This document shows, one piece after another, positions 34,832-48,668 of a stretch of 64,000 bases of DNA. The DNA lies in the NCBI RefSeq assembly GCF_020745735.1, contig NC_083444.1, positions 7,632,338 to 7,696,337 on the forward strand. The letters run 5' to 3'. The translations under genes and the position numbers were made by a program. The notes beneath the pieces are model-generated. The model saw only the letters and a list, made by a program, of their open reading frames with translations, was not told where the DNA came from and searched no databases. The first letter of the stretch is position 1, and each line of letters begins with the position of its first letter. Source of the DNA: Hemiscyllium ocellatum. Lineage: Eukaryota.

Positions 34832-35353
34832 TACAATGCCAAATAATAGAAATAGAATATCCTTCTTGACCCTGTGGAAAGGATGTTATCCCTTGTCTGT
34901 GGAGCAGTCTACAGCCAGGGGACACATCCTCAGGAAATAATGGCAAGCCATTTGGGATTGAGATGAAGAGGAATTTCCTCTCTGAGAGGTGGTGAGGGTG
35001 GGTGAATCCTTGGAATTCTCCACTCTGGATGGACAGTCACGGTCCAGTGAGGTCTTCAGATGCTGGAGATCAGAGTTGAGAGTGTGATGCTGGAAAAGCA
35101 CAGCAGATCAGGCAGTATCCGAGGAGCAGGAAAATCGATATTTTGGGCCAGAGCCCTTCACCAGGATGATAGGCTGGTAAAATGCTCCGGCCCAAAATGT
35201 TTATTCTCCTGCTCCTCGGATGGTGCCTGACCTGCTGTGCTTTTCCAGTATCGCACTCTCAACTATGTCCAGATTCAAGACAGATGTCAATGGATATCTG
35301 AACATTGAGGATATTAAGAGATTATTGGATAATTTCAGAAATTGGGATTGCTG

Positions 35354-38300
35354 TCTGTGTGTGTGTCTCTGTGTTTGTATGTACATGTGTATGTACGTGT
35401 GTGTGTGTCTCTGTGGATTGTGTGTGTGAATGAGGGTGTGTGTGAGTGTGTGTGTGAGTGAGAATATAAGGCTGTATGTAGATGTGTGTGTGAATTTGAA
35501 TATGTGTGTATGAGTGTGAGAGTGTGAGTATGAGTGAATGTGTGTGTGCGAGACTGTGTGTGGGTGTATGTGTGTATGGGATTTTATGAATGAGGTGTGC
35601 AGAGGTGTGTGGTGTGGTGTGGGTCTGTATGTGTGGTGTAGGGGTGTGTGTGGTGTGGTGTGGGGGTATGTGGTGTGGGGTTGTGTGTGATGAGGTGTAA
35701 GGGTGTGTGTGTGGTGTGGGGGTGTGTGTGGTGTGAGCTTGTGTGTGGTGTGGTGTAAGGGTGTGTGTGGTGTGGGGGTGTGTGTGGTGTGAGCTTGTGT
35801 GTGGTATGGTGTAAGGGTGTGTGTGGTGTGGTATGGGGGTGTGTGTGGTGTGTGGTGTGGTGTGTGTGGTGTGGTGTGGGGGTATGTGTGTGGTGTGGTG
35901 TGGGGGTGTATGTGGTGTGGTTTGTGTGTGGGTGTGGTGTGGTGTGGGGGTGTATGTGGTGTGGTGTGGGGTGTGTGTGGGTGTGGTGTGGCGGTCTGTG
36001 GTGTGGTGGTGTGTGTGTGTGGTGTGGTGTGGGGGTGTGGGGGTGTGTGTGTGAGTGGAGATATGAGTGTGTGTGAGAGTGTGAGTGATTGTGTGTGCGT
36101 GTGGATGTGTATGCGAGAGTGTGTGTGGGTGTATGTATGTGTGAGTGTTTATGAGTGAGGTGTGGGGGTGTGTGTGGTGGTGTATGGATTGTGTGTGTGG
36201 TGTGATGTGGAGGTGTGTGTGTGGTGTAAGGGTGTGTGTGTGGTGTAAGGGTGTGTGTGATGTGTGGTGTGGGAATGTGTGATGTGGGGTGTGTGGTCTG
36301 GGGTGGGGATGTGCGTGGTGTGGGGATGTGCGCAGTGTAGGAGTGAGTGTGTGCTCTGGGGTAGGGGTGTGGGTGATGTGGAGGTATGGATGGTGTGGGG
36401 GTCGTGATCTGTGGTATGGGGGCGTGTGCGGTGTGGTGTGGGGGTGGAGATGTGTGGGCATGTATGTGTGAATGTGTGGGGTGGTGTGGGGATGTATGTG
36501 GTGTGGGATGATGTGTGGTGTGGGGGTGTGTGTGGTGTGGTGTCGTGTCGTGTGGGGATGTGTGTGGTGTGGGTGTGTGTGGCATAGTGTGGGGGTGTGT
36601 GGTGTAGTGTGGTGTGGTGTGGGGGGGTGTGTGTGGTGTGGTGTGGGCGGAGTGTGGTGTGGTGTGGGGGTGTGGTATGGGTGTGGTGTGGGGATGTGTG
36701 TGGATGTGGTGTGGGGGTGTGTGGTATGGTGTCAGGATGTGTGGTGTGGTGGGGGTGTGTGTGTGGTGTGGGGGTGCGTGGTGTGGTGTAGGGATGTGTG
36801 TGGTGTGTGTATGTGTGTGGTGTATGTATGTGGTGTGGTTATGTGTGTGGTGTGGTGTGGGGTGTGAGGATGTGTGTGGGTGTGGTGTGGGGATGTGTGT
36901 GGTGTGGGGATGTGTGTGGGTGTGGTGTGGGGATGTGTGTGGGTGTGGTGTGGGTGTGTGGTGTGGTGTGGGGCTGTGTGTGGGTGTGGTGTTGGGGAGC
37001 GTGTGGTGTGATGTGGGGGTGTGGTGTGGGTGTGTTGTGGGGATGTGCGTGGGTGTGGTGTGGGTGTGTGTGGTTGGGTGTGGTGTGGGGATGTATGTGG
37101 GGGTGTGTGTGGTGTGGTGTGGAGATGTGTGTGGTGTGGGGTGTGGGGGATGTGTGTGGTGTGGTGGGGGTGTGGTGTGGTGTGGAAATGTGTGTGGTGT
37201 GGTGGGGGTGTGGTGTGGTGTGGGGATGTGCGTGGGTGTGGTGTGGGTGTGTGGTGTGATGTGGGGGTGTGGTGTGGGTGTGTTGTGGGGATGTGCGTGG
37301 GTGTGGTGTGGGGATGTATGTGGGGGTGTGTGTGGTGTGGTGTGGAGATGTGTGTGGTGTGGGGTGTGGGGGATGTGTGTGGTGTGGTGGGGGTGTGGTG
37401 TGGTGTGGAAATGTGTGTGGTGTGGTGTGGGGTGTGGGGATGTGTGTGGTGTGGTGTGGGGTGTGGTGTGGTGTGGAGATGTGTGTGGTGTGGTGTGGGG
37501 GTGTGTGGTATGGTGTCAGGATGTGTGGTGTGGTGTGGGAGTGTGTGTGGTGTGGGGGTGCGTGGTGTGGTGTAGGGATGTGTGTGGTGTGTGTATGTGT
37601 GTGGTTTGTGTATGTATGTGGTGTGGGTATGTGTGTGGTGTGGTGTGGGGTGTGGGGATGTGTGTGGGTGTGGTGTGGGTGTGTGGTGTGGTGTGGGGCT
37701 GTGTGTGGGTGTGGTGTGGGGGAGTGTGTGGTGTGATGTGGGGGTGTGTTGTGGGTGTGTTGTGGGGATGTGCGTGGGTGTGGTGTGGGTGTGTGTGGTT
37801 GGCTGTGGTGTGGGGATGTATGTGGGGGTGTGTGTGGTGTGGTGTGGAGATGTGTGTGGTGTGGTGTGGGGTGTGGGGATGTGTGTGGTGTGGTGGGGGT
37901 GTGGAGTGGTGTGGAGATGTGTGTGGTGTGGTGTGGGGGTGTGTGGTATGGTGTCAGGATGTGTGGTGTGGTGTGGGGGTGTGTGTGGTGTGGGGGTGCG
38001 TGGTGTGGTGTAGGGATGTGTGTGGTGTGTGTATGTGTGTGGTGTGTGTATGTATGTGGTGTGGGTATGTGTGTGGTGTGGTGTGGGGTGTGGGGATGTG
38101 TGTGGGTGTGGTGTGGGGATGTGTGTGGGTGTAGTGTGGGGATGTGTGCGGGTGTGGTGTGGGGATGTGTGTGGGTGTGGTGTGGGTGTGTGGTGTGAGG
38201 GTGTGTGTGGTGTGGTGTGGGAATGTGTGTGAGTGTGGTGTGGGTGTGTGGTGTGGGGATGTGTGTGGGTGTGGTGTGGGGATGTGTGTGGTGTGGTGTA

Positions 38301-41300
38301 GTGATGTGTGTGGTGTGGTGTCATGGGGGTTTGGTGTGGTGTGGGGATGTGTGTGGTGTGGTGTGGGGGTGTGTGTGGTATGGTGTGGCTGTGGTGTGGG
38401 GATGTATGTGGTGTGGGGTGGGCGGAGTGTGGTGTGGTGTGGGGGTGTGTGGTGTGAGTGTGGTGTGGGGATGTGTGTGGGTGCGGTGTGGGGATGTGTG
38501 TGGGTATGGTGTGGTGGTGTGGAGTGTGGTGTGGTGTGGGGATGTGTGTGGGTGTGGTGTGGTGTGGTGTGGTGTGGTAGGGTGTGGTGTGGTGGGGTGA
38601 GGGTTGTGTGTGGTGTGGGGATGTGTGTGGTTGTGGTGTGGGGATGTGTGTGGGTGTGGTGTGTGGTGTGGTGTGGGTGTGGTGTGGGGATGTGTGTGGG
38701 TTTGGTGTGGGGATGTGTGTGGGTGTGGTGTGGTGGGGTGTGTGGTGTGGTGTGGGTGTGGTGGTGGTGTGGTGTGGAAATGTGTGTGGTGTGGGGGATG
38801 TGTGTGGTGTGGTGGTGGTGTGGTGTGGTGTGGAAATGTGTGTGGTGTGGGGTGTGGGGTGTGGGGATGTGTGTGGTGTGGTGTGGGGGTGTGGTGTGGT
38901 GTGTGGTGGGGATGTGTGTGGTGTGGTGGGGGTGTGGTGTGGTGTGGAGATGCGTGTGATGTGGTGTGGGGTGTGGGGGATGTGTGTGGTGTGGTGGGGG
39001 TGTGGTGTGGTGTGGAGATGTGTGTGGTGTGGTGTGGGGGTGTGTGGTATGGTGTCAGGATGTGTGTGTGGTGTGAGGGTGCGTGCTGTGGTGTAGGGAT
39101 GTGTGTGGTGTGCGTGTGGTGTGGGGGTGTGGTGTAGGTGTGGTGTGGGGATTTGCGTAGGTGTGGTGTGGGGATGTGCGTGGGTGTGGTATGGGGGAGT
39201 GTGTGGTGTGGTGTGGGGGTGTGGTGTGGGTGTGGTGTGGGGATGTGTGTGGGTGTGGTGTGGTGTGTGGTGTGGGTGTGGTGTGGGGATGTGCGTGGGT
39301 GTGGTGTGGGGATGTGCATGGGTGTGGTATGGGGGAGTGTGTGGTGTGGTGTGGGGGTGTGGTGTGGGTGTGGTGTGGGTGTGGTGTGGGGATAAGTGTG
39401 GGTGTGGTGTGGGGGTGTGTGTGGTGTGTGGATATGTGTGGTGTGGTGTGGGTGTGTGTTGTGGGGGTGTGTGGTGTGGGGATGTGGGGGTGTGTGTGGG
39501 TGTGGTACGGGTGTGTGATGTGGGGATGTGTGTGGGTGTGGTGTGAGGATGAGTGTGGGTATGGTGTGGGGGTGTGTGTGGTGTGGGGATGTGTGTGGTG
39601 TGGTGTGGGTGTGTGTTGTGGGGGTGTGTGGTGTGGGGATGTGGGGGTGTGTGGTGTGGGGATGTGTGTGGGTGTGGTGTGGGGATGAGTGTGGGTGTGG
39701 TGTGGGGGTGTGGTGTGGTGTGGAGATGCGTGTGGTGTGGTGTGGGGTGTGGGGGATGTGTGTGGTGTGGTGGGGGTGTGGTGTGGTGTGGAGATGTGTG
39801 TGGTGTGGTGTGGGGGTGTGTGGTATGGTGTCAGGATGTGTGTGTGGTGTGAGGGTGCGTGGTGTGGTGTAGGGATGTGTGTGGTGTGCGTGTGGTGTGG
39901 GGGTGTGGTGTGGGTGTGGTGTGGGGATGTGCGTGGGTGTGGTATGGGGGAGTGTGTGGTGTGGTGTGGGGGTGTGGTGTGGGTGTGGTGTGGGGATGTG
40001 TGTGGGTGTGGTGTGGGGTGTGGTGTGGGTGTGGTGTGGGGATTTGCGTGGGTGTGGTGTGGGGATGTGCATGGGTGTGGTATGGGGGTGTGGAGTGGGT
40101 GTGGTGTGGGGATGTGGTATGGGGGAATGTGTGGTGTGGTGTGGGGGTGTGGTGTGGGTGTGGTGTGGGTGTGGTGTGGGGATAAGTGTGGGTGTGGTGT
40201 GGGGGTGTGTGTGGTGTGTGGATGTGTGTGGTGTGGTGTGGGGGTGTGTGTGGGTGTGGTACGGGTGTGTGATGTGGGGATGTGTGTGGGTGTGATGTGG
40301 GGATGAGTGTGGGTATGGTGTGGGGGTGTGTGTGGTGTGTGTGGTGTGGTGTGGGTGTGTGTTGTGGGGGTGTGTGGTGTGGGGATGTGGGGGTGTGTGG
40401 TGTGGGGATGTGTGTGGGTGTGGTGTGGCGATGAGTGTGGGTGTGGTGTGGGGGTGTGTGTGTTGTGTGGATGTGTGTGATGTGTGGGTTTGTGTTGTGG
40501 GCGTGTTGGTTTGGGGATGTGTGGTGTGATGTAGGGGTCTGTGTGGTGTGGTGTGGGGGTGTGTGGTGTGGGTGTGTGTGTGGTGAGGGGATGTGNNNNN
40601 NNNNNNNNNNNNNNNNNNNNNNNNNNNNNNNNNNNNNNNNNNNNNNNNNNNNNNNNNNNNNNNNNNNNNNNNNNNNNNNNNNNNNNNNNNNNNNNNNNNN
40701 NNNNNNNNNNNNNNNNNNNNNNNNNNNNNNNNNNNNNNNNNNNNNGGGGGTGTGGTGTGGTGTGGTGTGGGGTTGTGTGGTGTGTAGGGATGTGTGTGGG
40801 CGTGTGTTGTATGGGGATATGTGTGGTGTGGTGTGGTGTGGTGTGGTGTGGTGTGGTGTGGTGTGGTAGGGGTGGGGGTGTGATGTGGGGGTGTGTGTGG
40901 GTGTGGTGTGGGGGTGTGTGTGGGTGTGGTGTGGGGATGTGTGTGGTCTGGTGTGGGAATGTGTGTGGTGTTGGGTGGTGTGGTGTGCTGTGGGGGTGTG
41001 TGTGGTGTGGTGTGGGTGTGTGTGGTGTGGTGTGGTGTGGGAATGTGTGTGGTCTGGGGTGGTGTGGTGTGGAGATGTGTGTGGTGTGGTGTGGGGGCGT
41101 GTGTGGTGTGGTGTGGGGCTGTGTGGTATGGTGTGGGGGTTTATGTGGTGTGGTGTTGGGGTGTGTAGTGTGGTGTGGGGATGTGTGTGGTGTGGTGTGG
41201 GGATGTGTGTGGAGTGGTGTGGGTGTGTGTTGTGTGGTGAGTGGTGTATGTGGTGTGGTGGGGGTGGGGTTGGGGCTGTGGTGTGGGTGTGTGTGGGTGT

Positions 41301-41980
41301 GGGTGTGTGTGGTGTGGTGTGGGTGTGTGTTGTGTGGTTTTGTTGTGTGTGTGTGGGTGTGTGGTGTGGTGTGGGGGTGTGTGTGGTGTGGTGTGGGGGT
41401 GTGTGAGGTGGGGTGTGGGGATGTGTGTGGTGTAGTGTGGGTGTGTGTTGTGTGGTTTGGGTGTGTGTTGTTTGGTGAGGGTGTGTTGTGGTGTGGTGTG
41501 GGGTGTGTGTGAGGTTTGTGTGGTAGGGTGTGGGTGTGTGTGGTGTGGTGTGGTGATGTGTGTGGTGTGATGTGGTGTGGTTTGCGGTGTGGGTGTGTGT
41601 GTGGTAGGGTGTGGGGGAATGTGATGGGGTGTGGGTGTGTGTGTGTGGGGATGTGTGTGAGGTGTGCGTGGGGGTGTGTGGTGGGGTGTTGGCTTGTGTG
41701 TGTGTGGGGATATATGTGAGTTGTGTGGTGGGGTGTGGGTGAGTGTGTGGTAGGGTGTGGGTGTGTGTGGTGGGATGTGGGGGTGTGTGGTGTGGGTGTG
41801 TGTGTGTGTGTGTGGTGTGGGTGTGTGTGTGGTGGGATATGGGAGTGTGTGTGGTGTGGTATGGGTGTGTGTGTGGTGTGGTGTATGCATGTGGTGTGGT
41901 GTGGGGGTATGTGGTGTGGTGTGGTGTGAGGGTGTGGTGTGGGGGTATGTGGTGGGGTAGGGTGTGGGGATGTGTGTGGT
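35354..41980 (+). repeat. About 6.6-kb G/T-rich compound satellite (GTGTG/GTGGG/GGGGATGT variants) with an internal gap at 40596-40745
   Basis: Directly visible low-complexity array. Confidence 0.97.
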
Positions 41981-42759
41981 TTACCAAGGCAGGGTGGCCA
42001 GTTCTCCCTACTATCCTGGAGCCCACATATACCCCACGGGTAACGTCCCGCTAACAGATGATAGACTGTGACTGTGCTGCCTGATTCCCTGTAGCATCCT
42101 GCTGTCTGCATCATAACCATGACAACAATGCTGTGGAGCAACTGGGAGCAACTATAAGGGAGGTGAACGGTCCCAGGAAAATAGAGTCTTGGAGTCATAG
42201 ATCTTGATCCTGCCTGTGGATCCTTGCTGGGGAATGTGGTCTTCCCATTGGGGCAGTTCAGTTCACTGCAGATCCACCATGGGACTCTGGGACTTCACCC
42301 TCTGAGACTCAGTAAGACACAGTGGCGCAATGTTTAGCACTGCTACCTCACAGCGCTAGGGACCTGGGTTTGTTTCCAGCCTCGTTCGATTGTGTGGAGT
42401 TTGCACATTCTCTCTGTGTCTGCGTGGGTTTGCTCTGGGAGCCCCTGTTTCCTCCCACAGTCCAAAGACGTGCAGGTTAGGGTGGACTGGCCATGGGCAA
42501 TTGCCTGTAGTGTTCAGGGATCTTTAGGTTAGTCGGAGTAAATATAGGTAGGGGAATGGGTCTGGGTGGGTTACTCTTTGGAGGGGCGGTGTGGACTTGT
42601 TGGGCCAAAGGGCCTGTTTCCCCACTGTAGTGATTCTATGATTCTAAGTTCTGTTGACTTGGTTCTCTGCCTAGCTCAGAGACTGATTTCAGTGCATATT
42701 CTGGTGATGTCTACCTGTGGCGCAGACCTCAAAGGATTATCTACCTAAACCCCTAGGTC

Positions 42760-43030
42760 TCTGATTATTCTACAACACTACCCAAGACCCTACTTTTAAT
42801 GTATAAGTCCTGCCCTCGTCTGTTTTACCAAAATGCAATACCTGACACCTATCCAAATTAAACTCCATCTGCCACTCCCCAGTCCATTGACCCAGTTGAC
42901 CAAGATCTCTTTGTAATCTTAGATAACCTTCTGCACTGTCCACCAGATTTGGCACCATCCACAAAACTTAGTAACCACTCCTCTATCCTCATCCAAATCA
43001 TTTATATAAACGACAACCAACAGCAGGCAC
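42760..43030 (-). mobile_element. CR1 RT fragment
   Basis: Minus ORF reads EGYLRLQRDLGQLGQWTGEWQMEFNLDRCQVLHFG. Confidence 0.8.
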
Positions 43031-44539
43031 AGCACCAATCCCTAAGGAACGCCACCAGGATCGGACAGGATCTTGTTGACAGGCTGAATGGCCGACTGTT
43101 ACCCCTTACCCTCCCCACCCCCACCACCACCAATGTTCATCGACTCTCTCAAGAACCTCCCCCCTGCCCCAATCTCAATCTTGGTTTCGAGAAGAACAAG
43201 TTTATCTTCATCAGGCCCTCTACACGCATCAGAACCCCCAACTCCTGTCCTCTGGGGCTCAGTCTGAGCCTCTGGAGGGGTAGGGAGAGGGAAATTGAGG
43301 TGGTTGGAGGTGTTTCCAAAAACAGTACGCACCCTTCTGATGATCAGGTGAAGAACTGCCCCCAGATTCTAAGCAGCTGGGCCTAGAGTCTTGACTTGAG
43401 GACCTCCTGCAGGTGAAGCTTATGACAATGAGGCTTTAGTGTTAAAGACATGGAGCACAATAGAAACGTGGAAAATAGCAACAGGAGCAAGGCCTTCGGC
43501 CCCTCTGGCCTGCTCCGCCATTCAATAGGATCATCCGACTCAGTCCCCTGTTTCTCCCCCAGGAATAGTACTCTATCGAAGTGTAGTCACTGTGGCTATT
43601 CCAGGAGAGTGGGATGCCTATGGAAAGGCCCCGCAAACACGAAATTGTTCCTCCATTCCTCATCGCCCCTGGAGAAACTAGGGGTAGCTGTCTCCTTGAC
43701 CCCTGCAATCCCGTGTGCTGTGGGGACATCCGTACAACGCCGTTAGTTCCAGGATTCTGACCCAGCGACACTGAAGGAACAACTGATATATTTCTGAATC
43801 AGGATGGTGAGGGGCTCAGAGGGGAACTTGCAGGGGGTGGTGTTCCCATGTATCTGCTGCCCTTCTCCTTCCAGATGGAAGTGGTCATGGGTTTGGAAGG
43901 TGCTGTCTGAGGAGAGAGTGAATACTTAAATTTGGGTGCTGATGGTGGACTAGTCAAGTCAACTGCATTGGACTGCTTCAGTATCTGAGGAGTTGCAAAT
44001 GGTGCTGAACGTTGTGCAATCATCAGCGAAAATCCTCACTTCTGACCTTATGATGGAGGGAAGGTCATTGATGAAGCAGTTGAATATTATGGGCGGCACA
44101 GTGGCACAGTGGTTAGCACTGCTGCCTCACAGCGCCTGAGATCCGGGTTCAATTCCCGACTTGGGCAACAGACTGTGTGGAGTTTGCATGTTCTCCCCGT
44201 GTCTGCGTGGGTTTCCTCCGGGTGCTCTGGTTTCCGCCCACAGTCCAAAGATGTGTGGGTCAGGTGAATTGGCCATGCTAAATTGCCCGTAGTGTTAGGT
44301 AAGGGGTAAATGTAGGGGTATGGGTGGTTTGCTCTTCGGCGGGTCGGTGTGGACTTGTTTCCACACTGTAAGTAATCTAATTATGTTCAGATTGACTGCT
44401 TACATTGTACATGAGGGTGCAGATTGGTGCAATCCCAGGCCAATTGTACACATCCAAAATCTGCTGCAGGATATTGTACTGCCATTCAAAAGGGGAGACA
44501 GATGCCCCAGTTTAATGTCCCCTCTAAAAGATAGCCCCT

Positions 44540-45010
44540 GTGACACTGCCCACTCCCTCAGCACTGACCCTCTGACAGTACAGCGATACCTCAGCACTGA
44601 CCCTCCAACTGTGTGGCGCTCCCTCAGCACTGACCCTCTCACATTGCAGCACTCCTTCAGCACTGACCTTTCTACAGGACAGTGCTCCCTCTGACAGTGT
44701 AGCGCTCCCTTAGTACTGACTCCGACAGTGCAGCACTGACCCTCTGACAGTATAGCGCTCCTTTAGTACTGACTCCAACAGTACTGCACTTCTTCAGGAC
44801 AGACTCTTCGACAGTGTGACGCTCCCTCAGCACTGACCCTCTGACTATGAGGACAGTGCAGAGAGACCTTTACTCAGTGTCTAACCCCATGCCTGTCCTG
44901 GGAGTGTTTGATGGGGGACAGTGTAGAGGGAACTTTAATTTTTATCTAACCCTACACTATCCCTGTCCTGGGGAGTGTTTGGTGGGGGACAGTGTGGAGG
45001 AAGCTTTGCT
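44540..45010 (+). repeat. 33-bp minisatellite (cagcactgaccctctgacagtgcagcgctccct), followed by two copies of the ctaaccc...gggagtgtttgatggggacagtg unit
   Basis: gcactgac occurs at 44561, 44594 and 44627 (33-nt period). Confidence 0.88.
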
Positions 45011-45719
45011 CTTGGTTTAAAAGTTAGATCTGGCTTTACTCTTTAGCCTGAAGGAAGTGTGAGATTCATGCCCTCAGTTCGTGGGCAGAGTTCCCCGATC
45101 CCTGAGATAAAACAATGTGCAAAATATTTGGTTCTGGGCCAGTCAAGTGAGACTTGAGTTACCTTTGGTCTGTTTTGATACCAGAATGTAGCTCAAACAA
45201 AGCAACATTGAGGCCTAGCAGGAAAACAGAGGACACTGCTGCAAACAGGAATGAATATTTGACGTCCTGTTTCTGAGAGGAGGAATCTCTTTACCTCATA
45301 CTTTGCCAAAGGAACAGTTCAGTGTGAATGAGCCACTGACAGAGAGGGGAGACACGACAGGAGGGAAAGCCAAGGCCTAGCAGATGCTCTGTCTCCTCAC
45401 AACAGAGATTTGTTCAGTTTTATATGCGCCACTTTTTCTTTGGTGCTTTTGTCTCCTCCTCCTTCTCTGTGGCTGCTAACTCATTTGGTGAGCAATCTGG
45501 AACTAACGTAGGCCATTCAGCCCATTGGGTCTGCCCTGCTGTTCAATGATTTGGTTCTGATCTGATCACCCTGCCTCTTCCCCATTTACCTCAGTTCCCT
45601 TACATGTCACAGCTCAGGGACCAGTGGGACCAGAACCCAGGTTTCCAAGGACATTACCACTGCACCATATGGGTCTTCATGCTGCGTGTGCAGGTTATAA
45701 TCAAATCTCACAAAAGACA

Positions 45720-47200
45720 AGTGCCATGAGGAATGGCGGGTGGAGTTTCATTCGGGTAAGTGCGAGGTGTTGCGTTTTGGAAAGGCAAAACAGGGTAGGG
45801 CTTATATGCTTAATGGTAAGGGCCTGGGGATAGTTGCTGAACCATAAGACCATAAGACATAGGAGTGAAAGGAAGGCCATTTGGCCCATCGAGTCCACTC
45901 CGCCATTCAATTATGGCTGATGGGCATTTCAACTCCACTTACCCGCATTCTCCCTGTAGCCCTTAATTCCTCGAGACATCAAGAATCTATCAATCTCTGA
46001 ACCAAGAGACCTTGGAGTGCAGTTTCATAGTTCCTTGGTAGTTGAGTCCCAGGTAGCCAAGGTAGGCTTTTGGTATGCTTGCCTTTACTGGTCAGTGCAT
46101 TGAGTGTAGGAGTTGGGAGGTCATGCTGGACATTGGTTAGGCCACTTTTGGAATAATGCATTCAATTCTGGTCTCCCTGCTATAGGAAAAATGTTATTAA
46201 ACTTGAGAGGGTGCAGAAAAAGATTTACAAGGCTGTTTCCAGGGTTGAGCTACAGGGAGAGGCTGAATACGCTGGGGCTATTTTCCCTGGAGCGTCGGAG
46301 GCTGAGGGGTGACCTTATAGAGGTTTATAAAATCATGAGGGGCATGGATAAGGTGAATAGTCAAGGGTAGGGAATCCAATCCTAGTGGGCATAGGTGAAG
46401 TGAGAGGGGAAAGATTTAAAAGGGACATAAGGGGCAATATTTTCACACAGAGGATGGTGTGTGTATGGAATGAGCTGCCAAAGGAAGTTGTGGAGGCTGG
46501 TACAATTACAATATTTAAAAGGCATCTGGATGGGTACATGAATAGGAAGAGTTTAGATGGATGTGGGCCAAATGCTGGCAAATGGGACTAGATTAATTTA
46601 GGATATCTGGTTGGCATGAACGAGTTAGACCAAAGGGTCTGTTTCCGCGCTGTATACAACTCTATGACTCTATAGTGTACAGTTCTGGTTGCCTTGCTAC
46701 AGGAAGGATATTGTTACACTGGAACGAGTGGAGAAAAGATTTATAAAGATGTTATCGGGATTGGAAGATTTGAGTTATAAGGAGAGGCTTGATAAGCTGA
46801 GGCTATTTTCCCTGGAGCGTCGGAGGCTGAGGCGTGACCTCATAGAGGTCTATGTAATCATGAGGGTCACGGATAGGCTGAATAGCCCAAGTCTTTTCCC
46901 CAGGATAGGGGAGCCCAAAACCTGAGAGCATAATTTTAAGGTGACAGGGAAAGGATTTAAAAGGGAGCTGAGTGGTAATGTTTTCACAGCAGAGTGGTTC
47001 ATCTGTGGAATGAACTGTCAAAGTGGTGGAGGCTGGTACAGTTGCAACATTTAAAAGGCATCTAGATGGGTGTATGAATAGGAAGGGTTTAGAGGGAGAT
47101 GGGCTAAATGTTGGCAAATGGGACTAGATTAATTTAGGGTACCTGGTTGGCCATGGACGATTTGGACCGAAGGGTCTGTTTCCGCGCTGTATGACTCTCT
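45720..47200 (+). mobile_element. Cluster of CR1 3' fragments
   Basis: ORFs read FTRLFPGLSYRERLNTLGLFSLERRRLRGDLIEVYKIM and RVEKRFIKMLSGLEDLSYKERLDKL, each followed by a CR1 tail. Confidence 0.85.
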
Positions 47201-48023
47201 GTGGAAGGCCATGAGTATCAATCGGCAGTGTGTGGTGTGATGCTGGGATGAACAGACTCCAGATTTTGTCTTGTCAGTGCTGCAGACCTCAGACTCAAAA
47301 CGGGACAGGGGATCAACTGCACAGAATGTTGGAGGAACTCAGCAGGGCGGAGGGGGAGAGAAACAGAGTTAGCATTTCGAGTGCGGTGTGGCTGTTCTTC
47401 AGGGTTAGAAGGTGAAGTCTGACTCTGAGACATAGGAGCAGACCATCGAGTCCACTCTGCCCATCAATGGGGACTTGCGTGATCTGATCGCCCTGGATGA
47501 CAATCACCCTCAGACCTCTTAGTCCTTCGAGATATGAATGGGACCTCTGGTCACCATCTACTGTAGCAAACACGATGACTTGCAGTATCAATTCCATCGG
47601 TGAATTGGTAATGTCGCTGGCTCATATTCTGGGGTGTGAGTTTGAAACCTTAGCGTGGCGAGGTTGCCGCAAAATCACGGAATTGGGAGTTCATGTCTGT
47701 TGTGGTGACCTTTGCCTGTTGCAAAATCCCAACTGGTTCACTAATGTCCTTGTGGGAAGGAAATCTGCAGTCCTTTCCTGATCTGACTTGATGTGACTCC
47801 AGGCACCACAGCGATGTGATGGACTCTGAACTGATTATCGAGATGTTCAGTTCAAGACTAACCTTCTCAGGCAAGGACAGTAGAAATTACACCACCCAAG
47901 TCCTCACTCACGCCAGATCCCCTTTTCCCCTCTTTTTGTCAACCTCCCCAGTACCCAGTGACCACCCCAGCCCCTGGTTAAACCATACTTCCATTCCAAA
48001 CTCTCAATCTTTGTTTTTTAAAG

Positions 48024-48668
48024 AATAAGAGAGATAGAGTGAGAAAGAGAGCTGACAGGGTAAACGGAGAAAATGAGAGAGAGACACAGAGAGAGAGAGA
48101 GAGAGAGAAAGAATGGAAGCTAACAGGCAAAACAGAATGAGAGAGAGGAGAAAGAGAAGAAGCTAACAGACAAAACAGAGAGAAAGAGAGAGAGAGATTG
48201 AAGAATGAGAAATATAACAATAAGAAAAACAGAGAGAAGAAACGGAGAGTTAACAGGGAGACAGAGAAAAAGAGAGAGATAGAGAGAGAGAAATGACGAG
48301 AATGAACAGGGAAAACAGAGAGAATGAGAGAGGGAATAAAGAAAGAATGATAATGGGGAGAAAGGGAAAGGGTGAAAAGAAAAGGGCGGGGAGAAAGAAA
48401 GATGGGAGTAAGAGATACAATAGAAAGAGAGGAGAGAGCAAGGAAAAGATAGAAAGAAAACAGGTGGAGAGAATGTGGGAGCAAAGAGATAAATTCAGAG
48501 AACAAAGAAGGGGCAAGGGTAGAGAAAAAGGAACAGAGAGAGGCAAAGAGGAAACAGAGAATAAGTTGGACAGAAGTAAAAGCACAAGAATGAGACACAG
48601 CACAATTTAGTTTCTTTACGGGTCGATCCAATGTTGCTAGGTAGAAAAGGGTAGGAGGGTTTCTTCAC
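48024..48668 (+). repeat. Arm 1 of an inverted duplication (GA-rich plus unique sequence)
   Basis: Reverse complement of about 49888-50536, including non-repetitive ggtcgatccaatgttgct(a/c)ggtagaaaagggtaggagggtttctt. Confidence 0.9.

Noticed and set aside
35322-42198. Very long ORFs (up to 1047 aa) rich in His/Thr/Pro or Val/Cys/Gly/Trp
   Set aside because: Artefacts of the GT/CA array, which rarely generates stop codons. They are open in many frames on both strands and run through N gaps.
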